Assembly (NCBI GenBank): GCA_021820025.1
Contig: JAKAEF010000001.1
Location: 1 to 34,874, forward strand
Source: a bacterium
GTDB lineage: Bacteria; Patescibacteriota; Microgenomatia; Levybacterales; UBA12049
Length of the DNA: 34,874 bases
Direction of reading: 5' to 3'
Shown here piece by piece: positions 9,461 through 17,386 of this stretch; position 1 is the stretch's first letter; every line of letters starts with the position of its first letter. The translations under genes and the position numbers were made by a program. A model generated the notes under the pieces. It ran no database searches. It was not told the origin of the DNA and saw nothing but the letters and a program-made list of their open reading frames with translations.

Positions 9461-11721
9461 ATATTTGCCACTACTCCAAAAGATTCAATTGTTCCCCCGC
9501 AATATTTTATTATTTTATCACAAGCTTCTTGTAAGCAAGTTTGTACTTCTTCTGGAGATATTGAATATACTCCATCAACATTAAGTAAAATATTTTTTGT
9601 ATGTAATTGAACTGCTGTTCGTTGTGCATCTCTATAATTAAAATCCATATTATATCCGCCATTTTGATCAAAATATGCAATTTCTTTTTCTGTATATGCT
9701 GTTGGTTTTTCATCTCCTAATAAAAGAATTTCTTCCCCGTTTTTTGCAAAGCGAAGAACGGTTGGAAAAGCAATAGTATCTAAATCAAATGCTCCAACAG
9801 AAACTTTGTGTTTCATAACTGTCATATTATATGCATCAACACATGTATTAATGGTATACAAACCTTTACCTAATGCAATTCTTCGCAAAAGCGCTTCAGG
9901 TGATGGTCTTCGTGAATGCCAATCAACTCCCATTTCTTTATATAATTTTCTATAACTTACTACTTCATCAAATTTTCCCAATTCTTCTGTTGTTAAATTT
10001 TGGATTGATGTTAAAAATGCTTGTTTTTCTTTTTCTAATTCTGGATTTGTTTTTTCAATTTGTACTCCTTTAATAACTGCAACTCCAACAGAGATACTTG
10101 GAAATTTTTCAAAAAGATGTTTATCTATAGAAAATATATTTGGGTTATCAAACCTTGTTATTTGTGATTCTTTCGAACTAGCGGTTGCTGTAGGTAAAGC
10201 ACTTACTTCTAAAAATCTATTTTTTACAAAATCTTTATCTAAAGAAAGAATAAGCCATGCTGCTTTTGGACCACTTGTTTTTCCAAGTAAAGAAAGATAA
10301 ATTGCACCAAAAACTTCTCTTCCAGAAATTCCCATTTCTTTTCCCCATTCGTACATATCAAATTGCAATTTTTCTGCATCGGAATAATTGGCTAATTGAT
10401 TTACAACTTTTTGTAAAAATGCTTTTTGTTTTTCTGATAATTCTTTTGCTTTTTCAGGTAATTTTTCTTGGACAACAAATTTATCTTGTTCTGGTGCATA
10501 TTTGTCTACCCAAACTTTTGCGTATGTTGCCCAATTCTCAAGACCCTGTTTTTTTATTTCTTCCTGCATGTTTGGCATTTGTACCCATTGGGCTAAAACA
10601 GAAAAACGAATACTTGGTGGTTTTTGTACTTCTCCAACTTGAGAAAGTTGAAAGGTTCTTGCTAAATCTGCATCTGATTTTCCAAAATATGCATCTGCAC
10701 ATCTCTGATATTCATCGAATAATTGTGGAATAGTATTAGGATTTGATAAATCAAAATTAATTTCACTATTAATTTTTGTTCTTACCATTAAGAATCGCAA
10801 AACTTGTGGAGGTAAAATCTCTAACATATCAGCAGCCGATGCACCAACACCTTTAGATGTAGACATTTTTTGTTTTCCTAAAATAAACCACTCATATGCC
10901 AATGGAAATGGGACAGGATAATTAAATACTCTATCAGAAATTTTTGATGCAACATCATGAGATCCACCTGCTGTCATATGATCTTTTCCTGCTCCTTCAA
11001 CTGTTACACCAATAACTTTCCATTTTGCGGGCCATTCTATTTTCCACGTTAGTTTTCCTACAATTTCTCCATCTCCACTAAATGGAGACATTTTGCCTAT
11101 AAACCCACAGCCTTTGGTAAATTTAACTTTATTCTCTTCACAGGTAAAAGTAATTTGTTCTCCATCCCAATCGGTTACTGTTGTTGTTGAAACTTTTCCA
11201 CAATTTGTGCAGTATGGTTGAAATGGATACCATTTTTCCGGCATTGTTTTTTTATAAATTTCTTCATAAATTTTTTTAATATCATCTGCTTTATCTAATG
11301 CTTCTTTAATTAACGGATTCATTTTTCCGCTTCTATATAAATCTCCTCCCCAAATAATTTCAGGTTCGCTCCCAATAGCATTAAAAACTTTTTTAAAATC
11401 TTCTGCATAATAATGGGCAAAGCTTTTATATCCTTCTTCTGGAGATGGAACTTTAAAAAGTGGCAAACCTAAATATTTTTCAAATTTTTCTTTTGGCAAA
11501 TACACAGGCAATCCATCCATTGGATCCTGGTCTTCAAAAATATAGGTATATTTTGCATTCACACCTATATCTAATAAACATTTATAAATTAAGTCATGAA
11601 TCACCACACCACGCAAACTCCCCACATGAATTTTGCCAGATGGTGTTTTAGCATCATCCACCCATTCCAGTGGTTTATTTCGTTTTTTTATTTCTAGTGC
11701 AATTTGATCTGCCCAAAACAT
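9457..11721 (-). CDS. lysS: class I lysyl-tRNA synthetase fused to a C-terminal B3/4 domain
   Basis: HIGH-type motif KIHVGSLRG. KMSKS-type motif KMSTSKG. The Cys-rich insertion CTNCGK...CEEN..GCG is typical of class I LysRS. Residues ~527-754 match the free-standing B3/4 family pattern (RRPSPEALLRRIALGKGLYTINTCVDAYNMTVMKHKVSVGAFDLD ... FNYRDAQRT). Confidence 0.9.
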   Translation of the reverse strand: MFWADQIALEIKKRNKPLEWVDDAKTPSGKIHVGSLRGVVIHDLIYKCLLDIGVNAKYTYIFEDQDPMDGLPVYLPKEKFEKYLGLPLFKVPSPEEGYKSFAHYYAEDFKKVFNAIGSEPEIIWGGDLYRSGKMNPLIKEALDKADDIKKIYEEIYKKTMPEKWYPFQPYCTNCGKVSTTTVTDWDGEQITFTCEENKVKFTKGCGFIGKMSPFSGDGEIVGKLTWKIEWPAKWKVIGVTVEGAGKDHMTAGGSHDVASKISDRVFNYPVPFPLAYEWFILGKQKMSTSKGVGASAADMLEILPPQVLRFLMVRTKINSEINFDLSNPNTIPQLFDEYQRCADAYFGKSDADLARTFQLSQVGEVQKPPSIRFSVLAQWVQMPNMQEEIKKQGLENWATYAKVWVDKYAPEQDKFVVQEKLPEKAKELSEKQKAFLQKVVNQLANYSDAEKLQFDMYEWGKEMGISGREVFGAIYLSLLGKTSGPKAAWLILSLDKDFVKNRFLEVSALPTATASSKESQITRFDNPNIFSIDKHLFEKFPSISVGVAVIKGVQIEKTNPELEKEKQAFLTSIQNLTTEELGKFDEVVSYRKLYKEMGVDWHSRRPSPEALLRRIALGKGLYTINTCVDAYNMTVMKHKVSVGAFDLDTIAFPTVLRFAKNGEEILLLGDEKPTAYTEKEIAYFDQNGGYNMDFNYRDAQRTAVQLHTKNILLNVDGVYSISPEEVQTCLQEACDKIIKYCGGTIESFGVVANI

Positions 11722-11780
11722 ATGATTTTCTTTCTGATCCTCTTATTTTACCGTATTTTGCAGGATCTAACAAATAAGTC

Positions 11781-12902
11781 TTACTTCTTCTTGGAAGTGA
11801 CAAAGAGGGTAAGGATTTGTTTATAGATTTCTTCAACAAATAAAACAGAATCTACATTGACCCATTCATTTCTGGTATGCCCGCCATTTCCTATTGGCCC
11901 AAGTGCCAAAACAGGAATATTGAGTCTATTTGCAAAAACATTTTCATCTGCAACAGAAGGTGTATAAATTGGTGTAACGTTGTTTTTTGCCAAAATTTCT
12001 TTTTGTAATATTTTTACAAACCAATGACTAAGCGGCATTTCATAACTTTCTCCATATGGCGTGTCTCTTTTTACCGGTTTTATTTCTATATCAATTTTAT
12101 TTTTTTTGGCAACAGCTTGTACTTTTTTAACAAAATCCGTACTTTTTGTTTTTGGTGTTGTAAGAAGTGAAAACTGAGCAACTGTTCTATCTGGAATTGA
12201 GAATGAATCTGTTATTCCAGAAATTGTATGAAAAACAACATCTGTTTCTCCCAGCAATGCATGTTTTGGCAGAGGAATTTGTTTGATAAGACAAAGTAAT
12301 TCTGCCATTTTTTCTATAGCATTGATTCCTTTTTTACCCTCTGCTGCATGTGCTTTTTTCCCAAACACAGTTAACTCAAACAAAATTCTTCCTTTTCTGC
12401 CAAAAACAGCACTAAATGGTTTTGTTACATCTTTTACTTGTCCACTTTCTGCTGCAACTAAAAATGCCACATCTTTTAAAAGACCAGAAGATACTAAGTC
12501 ATGTGCTCCTTTAGAAATATTTTCCTCATCAACACCGAAAATTATTTTTACAGGAAATTTATTTTTAACAGCATATTCGCCAGTTTGTAAAATTGCAGCA
12601 ATACCGCCTTTCATGTCTTCTGTTCCCAAACCCCATGCTTGTTTTCCTTTCATGGTAATTTTATACGGGTTTTTAATATCACTATCTGCCGGAACAGTAT
12701 CCATATGTCCATAAAACCCAAGGTATTTATCTGCTTTTCCATAGGTTGCAATAATGCTGTTTCGTGTTTTATCTGTTGGAACAAGTTTTACAGAAAATCC
12801 AAGCTTTTTTAAATACTCAGCAAGAAATTTACTAATTGCTGCTTCTTGTGGGAATGGGGAAGGGATTTCGACCAGTGTTTTAAATAAATCTAATGTTTTC
12901 AT
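11781..12902 (-). CDS. M20-family metallo-amidohydrolase (ArgE/DapE/CPG2-like)
   Basis: Metal and catalytic motifs are HMDTVP, GTEDMKGG, GVDEEN and a later H...E. An AAGGA Shine-Dalgarno lies inside the end of the upstream gene. The gap to the ATP-grasp stop is 2 nt. Confidence 0.85.
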   Translation of the reverse strand: MKTLDLFKTLVEIPSPFPQEAAISKFLAEYLKKLGFSVKLVPTDKTRNSIIATYGKADKYLGFYGHMDTVPADSDIKNPYKITMKGKQAWGLGTEDMKGGIAAILQTGEYAVKNKFPVKIIFGVDEENISKGAHDLVSSGLLKDVAFLVAAESGQVKDVTKPFSAVFGRKGRILFELTVFGKKAHAAEGKKGINAIEKMAELLCLIKQIPLPKHALLGETDVVFHTISGITDSFSIPDRTVAQFSLLTTPKTKSTDFVKKVQAVAKKNKIDIEIKPVKRDTPYGESYEMPLSHWFVKILQKEILAKNNVTPIYTPSVADENVFANRLNIPVLALGPIGNGGHTRNEWVNVDSVLFVEEIYKQILTLFVTSKKK

Positions 12903-12904
12903 TA

Positions 12905-14392
12905 TTATCCTTCTACTTGTACTTCAACTGTTCCTAATTGTACTCCGTGTTCTTTTTGCAAACGAGTTAGTAATTCTCGTGCTCTCTCTGGAGTTTGGGC
13001 TAATACTAACACTTTTGCATGAGGAGAGGCAATGACTTGTTCTTGCCCATCTTCATCTTCCCCAACGACTGTTCTTGAAGCAAGAACAAGCACGCCTTCT
13101 TTTGTATCTGGGTTATATACCATATCTGGTCCGATACTTTGTGCAAAATCTTCAAAACTTGCAATACCTCTATTTAGAGTAATATTGGTATTTATCCAGT
13201 GTTTTACTCCTAATTTTCTTGCTGCAAAATCTGCATACGTACTAATAATTGGTCTTGTATTTAATTCCAGTGTTCTTACAATTATTTCACCATCTGGTCT
13301 TCGAATAACAACATAATCAGGTCCTTGAATTCCATGATAGCCATTGATGTCTGCATTGTATCTGGCAGTTGCTCTAATTTGGTCATCAATTAATGCCTGA
13401 ATTGCTGGTTCTGGATAATATCTTCTACTACCAACAAAAGACCCGTTTTCTGTAATTTGTTCAAAATGTCCAAGAATTTCAACACTTCCATCTGCTCGAG
13501 ACACACCATGTGCACTACCTAACACTAATACTTCTCCCAAATTTCTTGCATCTTGTTCAATAATTAAACCTGTTCCATAAGGCGCAAAAGTATCTAGAAA
13601 CCAAGAAGCTTCAATATTTCTTTCTTTTCTTAGCTCAGCAGATTCATCAAAACGTGCATGCATTTCTTTAATTGCTTGTCTAAGCGTTGCAGCTGTTACT
13701 CTCTCAATATGCAAAACTGTATCCCCGCCAGAACCACCTGGTAATTTAACCCAAACGCCATGGGGTAAATTGCCAAACTCTGCAACAAGACCATCAATCG
13801 CGTCTTGTGTAACTTCTCCACTTACTATTCTTCCTGGCATCATATTAATACCAAATTCTGCAGCATGTTCTCGTAAATCTTGTTTGTTATTTGTTAAATC
13901 ACTACTTGGAGTATCTAAAGTTGGCATACCAAGTTGTTCTGCTTGCGCACGTACAGCATCACCAATAATTGTTGGAAGTAAGACAGAAGTTCTGGTATCT
14001 CTTCGCATACTCCCATCATTAACTCGCGCTGCCATTCTTTCCAAAACATCACCATGTGGGAATGGATAAGGATTTGCTAAATCTCCATTTTCAACTCTAT
14101 GTGGCACTTCAATTAATTGACCTGGTTGTAAAATACCAATTTGTTCATAATGCTCTCGTAAACCTCCAAAAAGTTTTGGGGTAATAGCTACTTCTCCAGG
14201 ACCTGCAACAAACAAAGATAAATACCCTAAGTACGCATCACCATACGGTTCTGGAAGAATCGTAAATCTTTCTGGATTAACAAAATTTGCAGCGTGAGTT
14301 GGCACTCGATCAATATGATCTGCGCCATTTCTTTGTCCATTAACCGTTAATGCACCCAATGCGGGTGCTTCTTGTCTTGCTTGCATTGCCAT
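12905..14392 (-). CDS. ATP-grasp family carboxylate-amine ligase with an N-terminal pre-domain, substrate unknown
   Basis: 495 aa. ATP-grasp signatures occur in canonical order: VWVKLPGGSGGDTV (Lys plus Gly-rich loop), LIIEQDA (hinge) and RTLELNTRP (E-x-N Mg site). About 200 aa precede the first motif and about 110 aa follow the last. Composition is K-poor and R-rich. Confidence 0.75.
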   Translation of the reverse strand: MAMQARQEAPALGALTVNGQRNGADHIDRVPTHAANFVNPERFTILPEPYGDAYLGYLSLFVAGPGEVAITPKLFGGLREHYEQIGILQPGQLIEVPHRVENGDLANPYPFPHGDVLERMAARVNDGSMRRDTRTSVLLPTIIGDAVRAQAEQLGMPTLDTPSSDLTNNKQDLREHAAEFGINMMPGRIVSGEVTQDAIDGLVAEFGNLPHGVWVKLPGGSGGDTVLHIERVTAATLRQAIKEMHARFDESAELRKERNIEASWFLDTFAPYGTGLIIEQDARNLGEVLVLGSAHGVSRADGSVEILGHFEQITENGSFVGSRRYYPEPAIQALIDDQIRATARYNADINGYHGIQGPDYVVIRRPDGEIIVRTLELNTRPIISTYADFAARKLGVKHWINTNITLNRGIASFEDFAQSIGPDMVYNPDTKEGVLVLASRTVVGEDEDGQEQVIASPHAKVLVLAQTPERARELLTRLQKEHGVQLGTVEVQVEG

Positions 14393-14424
14393 AAGAATTA
14401 CATGTTTGACTTAAAACCTTGTAA

Positions 14425-14452
14425 ATTATACCTATTTATTGAAGCGTGTCAA
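14425..14452 (-). promoter_or_regulatory. perfect consensus sigma70-type promoter upstream of the ATP-grasp ligase gene
   Basis: The minus strand reads TTGACA (14452-14447), a 16-nt spacer, then TATAAT (14430-14425). The ATG lies 32 nt downstream of the -10 box, at 14392. Confidence 0.6.
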
Positions 14453-14469
14453 CTATTTATAAGAATTTG

Positions 14470-14489
14470 ACAAATTTAACCAAATTTGT
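14470..14489 (-). terminator. AT-rich hairpin after the HDAC-type gene (weak terminator candidate)
   Basis: The minus strand reads ACAAATTT-GGTT-AAATTTGT, a perfect 8-bp stem starting 8 nt after the stop. The downstream tail is only moderately T-rich. Confidence 0.3.
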
Positions 14490-14496
14490 TTGTTTT

Positions 14497-15450
14497 TTAA
14501 CAAAAAGAAAGCCCTTTAACCAAACTCCAAGCTATATCTCCTAAATCTGAGACAAAATACCCTCCTTCTTGGATAACCAAGGTGGGAAGTTGTAATGAGG
14601 CAATTTGCAAACCAATTTCTTTATAAAATGGAATTGTAAGTTTAAATGCTGCAATCGGATCTTTAATGTAGGTATCAAAACCTGCAGAAATAACTAAGAA
14701 ATTTGGATTAAATTTTTTAATATTTTTTATAGCTTGTTGTAATGTTTTTTTATACAAGATTTCTGATGCATCTACAGGAAGTGGATAATTAATATTAAAT
14801 CCGACTCCATCTGCAATTCCCGTTTCTTCTTTAAATCCAGTTATATAAGGATATTTTTCCCTTGGATCTGCATGCAGAGAAACATATAAAATATCATCTC
14901 TGTCATAAAACATTTGTTGAGTTCCATTACCGTGGTGGTAATCAATATCTAAAATTGCAACTTTCCCTTTTGCAGATAAATATTCTGCGGCAACTGCAGC
15001 ATTATTTATATAACAATATCCACCCATATTATATGCACCGGAATGATGTCCAGGAGGTCTGCACAAAGCATATATTAATTTTTCACCGTTTTCTAAAAGT
15101 TCTGCTCCGGTTAATGCAATATCTGCAGATTCTTTTGCTGCAACAAATGTATCTTTTGTCATTGGGGCGTAGGTATCTGTTGTAAAATATGATGCAAAAA
15201 AATTGTCTGTTGGTTTTAAGGATTTAGATTTATTTTTTAAAAATTCTATGTAATTCTTATGATGTACTTTTTCTACATGAGAAATTGGGAATGATTTTGG
15301 TGCAATAAATTCTCCTGCGTTTTCTTGTCTAAATTTTTTAGCAATAATTTCTATTCTCTCTGGAACCTCTGCGTATGGAGCTTGTTGCATGTCATATACT
15401 TCGTATGCTGGATTATGTAATTTGTGTTTGGATGAATAAATAATTTTCAT
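14497..15450 (-). CDS. HDAC-family Zn-dependent deacylase (acetylpolyamine amidohydrolase / AcuC-like)
   Basis: The full set of family motifs is present: CRPPGHH, ILDIDYHHGNGTQ, SAGFDTY and QEGGY. The gap to the upstream orphan gene is 1 nt. Confidence 0.9.
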   Translation of the reverse strand: MKIIYSSKHKLHNPAYEVYDMQQAPYAEVPERIEIIAKKFRQENAGEFIAPKSFPISHVEKVHHKNYIEFLKNKSKSLKPTDNFFASYFTTDTYAPMTKDTFVAAKESADIALTGAELLENGEKLIYALCRPPGHHSGAYNMGGYCYINNAAVAAEYLSAKGKVAILDIDYHHGNGTQQMFYDRDDILYVSLHADPREKYPYITGFKEETGIADGVGFNINYPLPVDASEILYKKTLQQAIKNIKKFNPNFLVISAGFDTYIKDPIAAFKLTIPFYKEIGLQIASLQLPTLVIQEGGYFVSDLGDIAWSLVKGLSFC

Positions 15451-15451
15451 A

Positions 15452-16630
15452 TTAATTTGTCCCAGTTAATTCTAACACTGTTTGGACTGCTGATCTAGAG
15501 TACATTTGTTTTCTTCTTTCTTCATTAAATGGTAAATACATCCACAAAAATGATCTATAAAGAGTTGGTAGTTCGCGTCTTCCATCGTCTACTTTTACGT
15601 TGCCAAACAACGTTTGAAGAGGAAAATCTTCTCTCCCTGTTATTTCTTCATCTAATGGTCTTGGGATAGTTAGCCCGCTTTTTCTAGCATTAATTGGAGC
15701 TCCATTTACTGTATTACATTCTGCAAAAATTACTGGATTTCTATTTCCACAATCATGCTCTACTTGAGCAATTAAATGAATAATTGCTGCTTCCATTGAT
15801 TCATTTCGTGGAACAAGAGACAAAAACTCTGTTAATTCAACAAGCCGCACACTTTCTCCGTTACCAATAGGTAAATCTAATGCTTCAGCCTTTGCAGCAG
15901 CGACAAGATTTCCATTATTATCAGTTATTGCAGACAACCATTCATTTTTTGCTTCTCTTGGCAATTCTCTTTCTGCTTCTAATCTCTGTTGCATTGCTGC
16001 CACATCACCAGTTTGCCAGCCAAATCTAATTCCCCACCAGTATTCCAATTGTTGTTCCAGAGTTTGTCCCTCATCATTTCTAACATCTGCATCTACCATA
16101 TGATGGTACGAGTATTTTGATGCTATGGCACGCTCTGTTCTTGTTACCGAATGTATTGTATCTTTAGCTAACACTTCTGCTGTTTTTGCTGGAATTTCAC
16201 TCGGTGTTATAGGAGTTTGGCGCTGTTCTCCGTTTTGTCCGAAAACGACATAATACAGTTGAGATTCCCCAAGATGAGCAGGAACAGCAACAGCAACTTC
16301 TAACGTAGAACATGCATCGGGACTTGTAGACGACATATTAACAAGTGCTTCTTGTGTTACTAACGCTCGCACCATTGTCCTACCAACTTCAGGATGAGGC
16401 AAAAGTTCTCGTAAACCATGTACGCCATTAACAAGCTCCGATAACTCTGCAGCACCTGCAATAGCATGATCTGGGGTATACATAAGCCTGTCAAAACTAC
16501 GTAGATCAAGTCCCAATGCGCCGGTACTAGTTGCAGCATCAATCCGCCTATCTGCAACCTCCCGCATTTGGGCTTGTAATTGTTCTCTTATTGGAGCTGT
16601 AGATTGTTGTGCTAATTCTTGTTGAACCAT
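15452..16630 (-). CDS. orphan 392-aa protein, possibly with a degenerate GNAT-like core in the C-terminal half
   Basis: The ATG at 16630 is preceded by GAAGGAAGGA-N5 and by a TTGACT-16-TACAAT promoter. Composition is K-poor and R-rich. I recognised no catalytic motif. Residues ~225-345 show a GNAT-like strand/helix order (VIFAECNTVNGAPINARKSGL). Confidence 0.7.
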   Translation of the reverse strand: MVQQELAQQSTAPIREQLQAQMREVADRRIDAATSTGALGLDLRSFDRLMYTPDHAIAGAAELSELVNGVHGLRELLPHPEVGRTMVRALVTQEALVNMSSTSPDACSTLEVAVAVPAHLGESQLYYVVFGQNGEQRQTPITPSEIPAKTAEVLAKDTIHSVTRTERAIASKYSYHHMVDADVRNDEGQTLEQQLEYWWGIRFGWQTGDVAAMQQRLEAERELPREAKNEWLSAITDNNGNLVAAAKAEALDLPIGNGESVRLVELTEFLSLVPRNESMEAAIIHLIAQVEHDCGNRNPVIFAECNTVNGAPINARKSGLTIPRPLDEEITGREDFPLQTLFGNVKVDDGRRELPTLYRSFLWMYLPFNEERRKQMYSRSAVQTVLELTGTN

Positions 16631-16662
16631 AAAAATCCTTCCTTCGGTAAAGGGTAAAGCTT

Positions 16663-16690
16663 ATTGTACCTGAAGCTAATTCAAAGTCAA
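16663..16690 (-). promoter_or_regulatory. promoter for the orphan-392/HDAC operon
   Basis: The minus strand reads TTGACT (16690-16685), 16 nt, then TACAAT (16668-16663). The GAAGGAAGGA Shine-Dalgarno follows at ~16645-16636. Confidence 0.5.
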
Positions 16691-16703
16691 TTTTTTATAA
16701 AAT

Positions 16704-16732
16704 TTGATAAAAATAACACTATATGTTAAAAT
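16704..16732 (+). promoter_or_regulatory. promoter for the ACT-domain gene, with leaderless geometry
   Basis: TTGATA (16704-16709), 17 nt, then TAAAAT (16727-16732). Only 6 nt separate the -10 box from the ATG at 16739, and there is no Shine-Dalgarno. Confidence 0.5.
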
Positions 16733-16738
16733 CTTAAC

Positions 16739-17386
16739 ATGATCACAGTACCTGAGGCTACACGCAAAGTTATAGAACGTTCACGCTACCTGGCAGAGGC
16801 TATGAGTAAGGGGCTTATTAATTACTCTTCTTTAGCCCGCTATATTAAGCCAGAACTTGAACAAATGCTTGTTAAAAATGTCAGTGAATCATCTATTATT
16901 ATGGCTTTAAAAAGGCTTGAACCTTATTTTCAACCAAAATATAAACATGTTACTGTTTTCCAAAATCCTCCAGAAATGATTGTGAGATCAAATCTAGTTG
17001 AAATAACTGTTGCGAATTCTGAAGAAATGACAAAAAAATTACCTCAAATTATGGCAGTTTACGCGAATCAGCAAAAATACTACTTTACCATTACAGAAGG
17101 AGTATCAGAAACAACTATTATTGCAAGCCATGATTTGTTTGATAAAATCAAAACAATTTTAAATGGAGAAAAAGTAGTTGAAACATATGTTGATCTTTCT
17201 TCTATCACAATTAGACTCCCTAAAGAAGTTTTAGAATCTCCCGGAATTTTTTACTTTTTCTTAAAAAGTCTGGCATGGGAGGGGATAAATATTATAGAAA
17301 TCGTTTCAACCTATTTGGAATTTACCATAATTTTAGAAGATAAAAACGTAAACAAAGCATTTGCAATTCTTAAATCTCTTTTTTAA
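16739..17386 (+). CDS. ACT-domain protein with a helical N-terminus (putative ligand-sensing regulator)
   Basis: The C-terminal PGIFYFFLKSLAWEGINIIEIVSTYLEFTIILEDKNVNKAFAIL is an ACT-like beta-alpha-beta-beta-alpha-beta unit. The gene is divergent from the orphan/HDAC operon. Confidence 0.6.
   Translation: MITVPEATRKVIERSRYLAEAMSKGLINYSSLARYIKPELEQMLVKNVSESSIIMALKRLEPYFQPKYKHVTVFQNPPEMIVRSNLVEITVANSEEMTKKLPQIMAVYANQQKYYFTITEGVSETTIIASHDLFDKIKTILNGEKVVETYVDLSSITIRLPKEVLESPGIFYFFLKSLAWEGINIIEIVSTYLEFTIILEDKNVNKAFAILKSLF

Noticed and set aside
9873-11651. Plus-strand ORFs 9873-10073, 10257-10733 and 11460-11651, and minus-strand ORF 9510-9713, all inside lysS.
   Set aside because: They are antisense or out of frame to a motif-rich 754-aa synthetase. 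Their L/F/I-rich translations are typical of AT-rich shadow frames.
11722-11780. A possible T-box or other riboswitch upstream of lysS (inverted repeat GATCCT...AGGATC).
   Set aside because: The spacer is only 59 nt, far too short for a T-box. It has no specifier-loop or T-box consensus. It is more simply read as a weak promoter (TTGTTA-17-TAAAAT) with an incidental 6-bp repeat.
12283-14069. Plus-strand ORFs of 93-143 aa (12283-12714, 12754-13035, 13032-13316, 13770-14069) lying opposite the M20 and ATP-grasp genes.
   Set aside because: They lie entirely antisense to long ORFs with clear enzyme motifs. Their translations are low-complexity S/P/C/F-rich strings with no start context. They are shadow ORFs.
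11781-14392. The ATP-grasp + M20 pair read as LysX/LysK of the LysW carrier-protein lysine (or ArgW arginine) pathway.
   Set aside because: No small acidic LysW-like ORF and no LysZ/LysY/LysJ genes are present in the window. LysX is a ~280-aa RimK-type enzyme, whereas this ligase is 495 aa with a large pre-domain.
17383-17386. Convergent genes with overlapping or abutting stop codons: ACT/xfp share TTAA at 17383-17386, and MFS/PurN-like abut at 910-915.
   Set aside because: This is real but ordinary in highly compacted genomes. It gives no evidence of a dedicated regulatory function beyond possible transcriptional interference.
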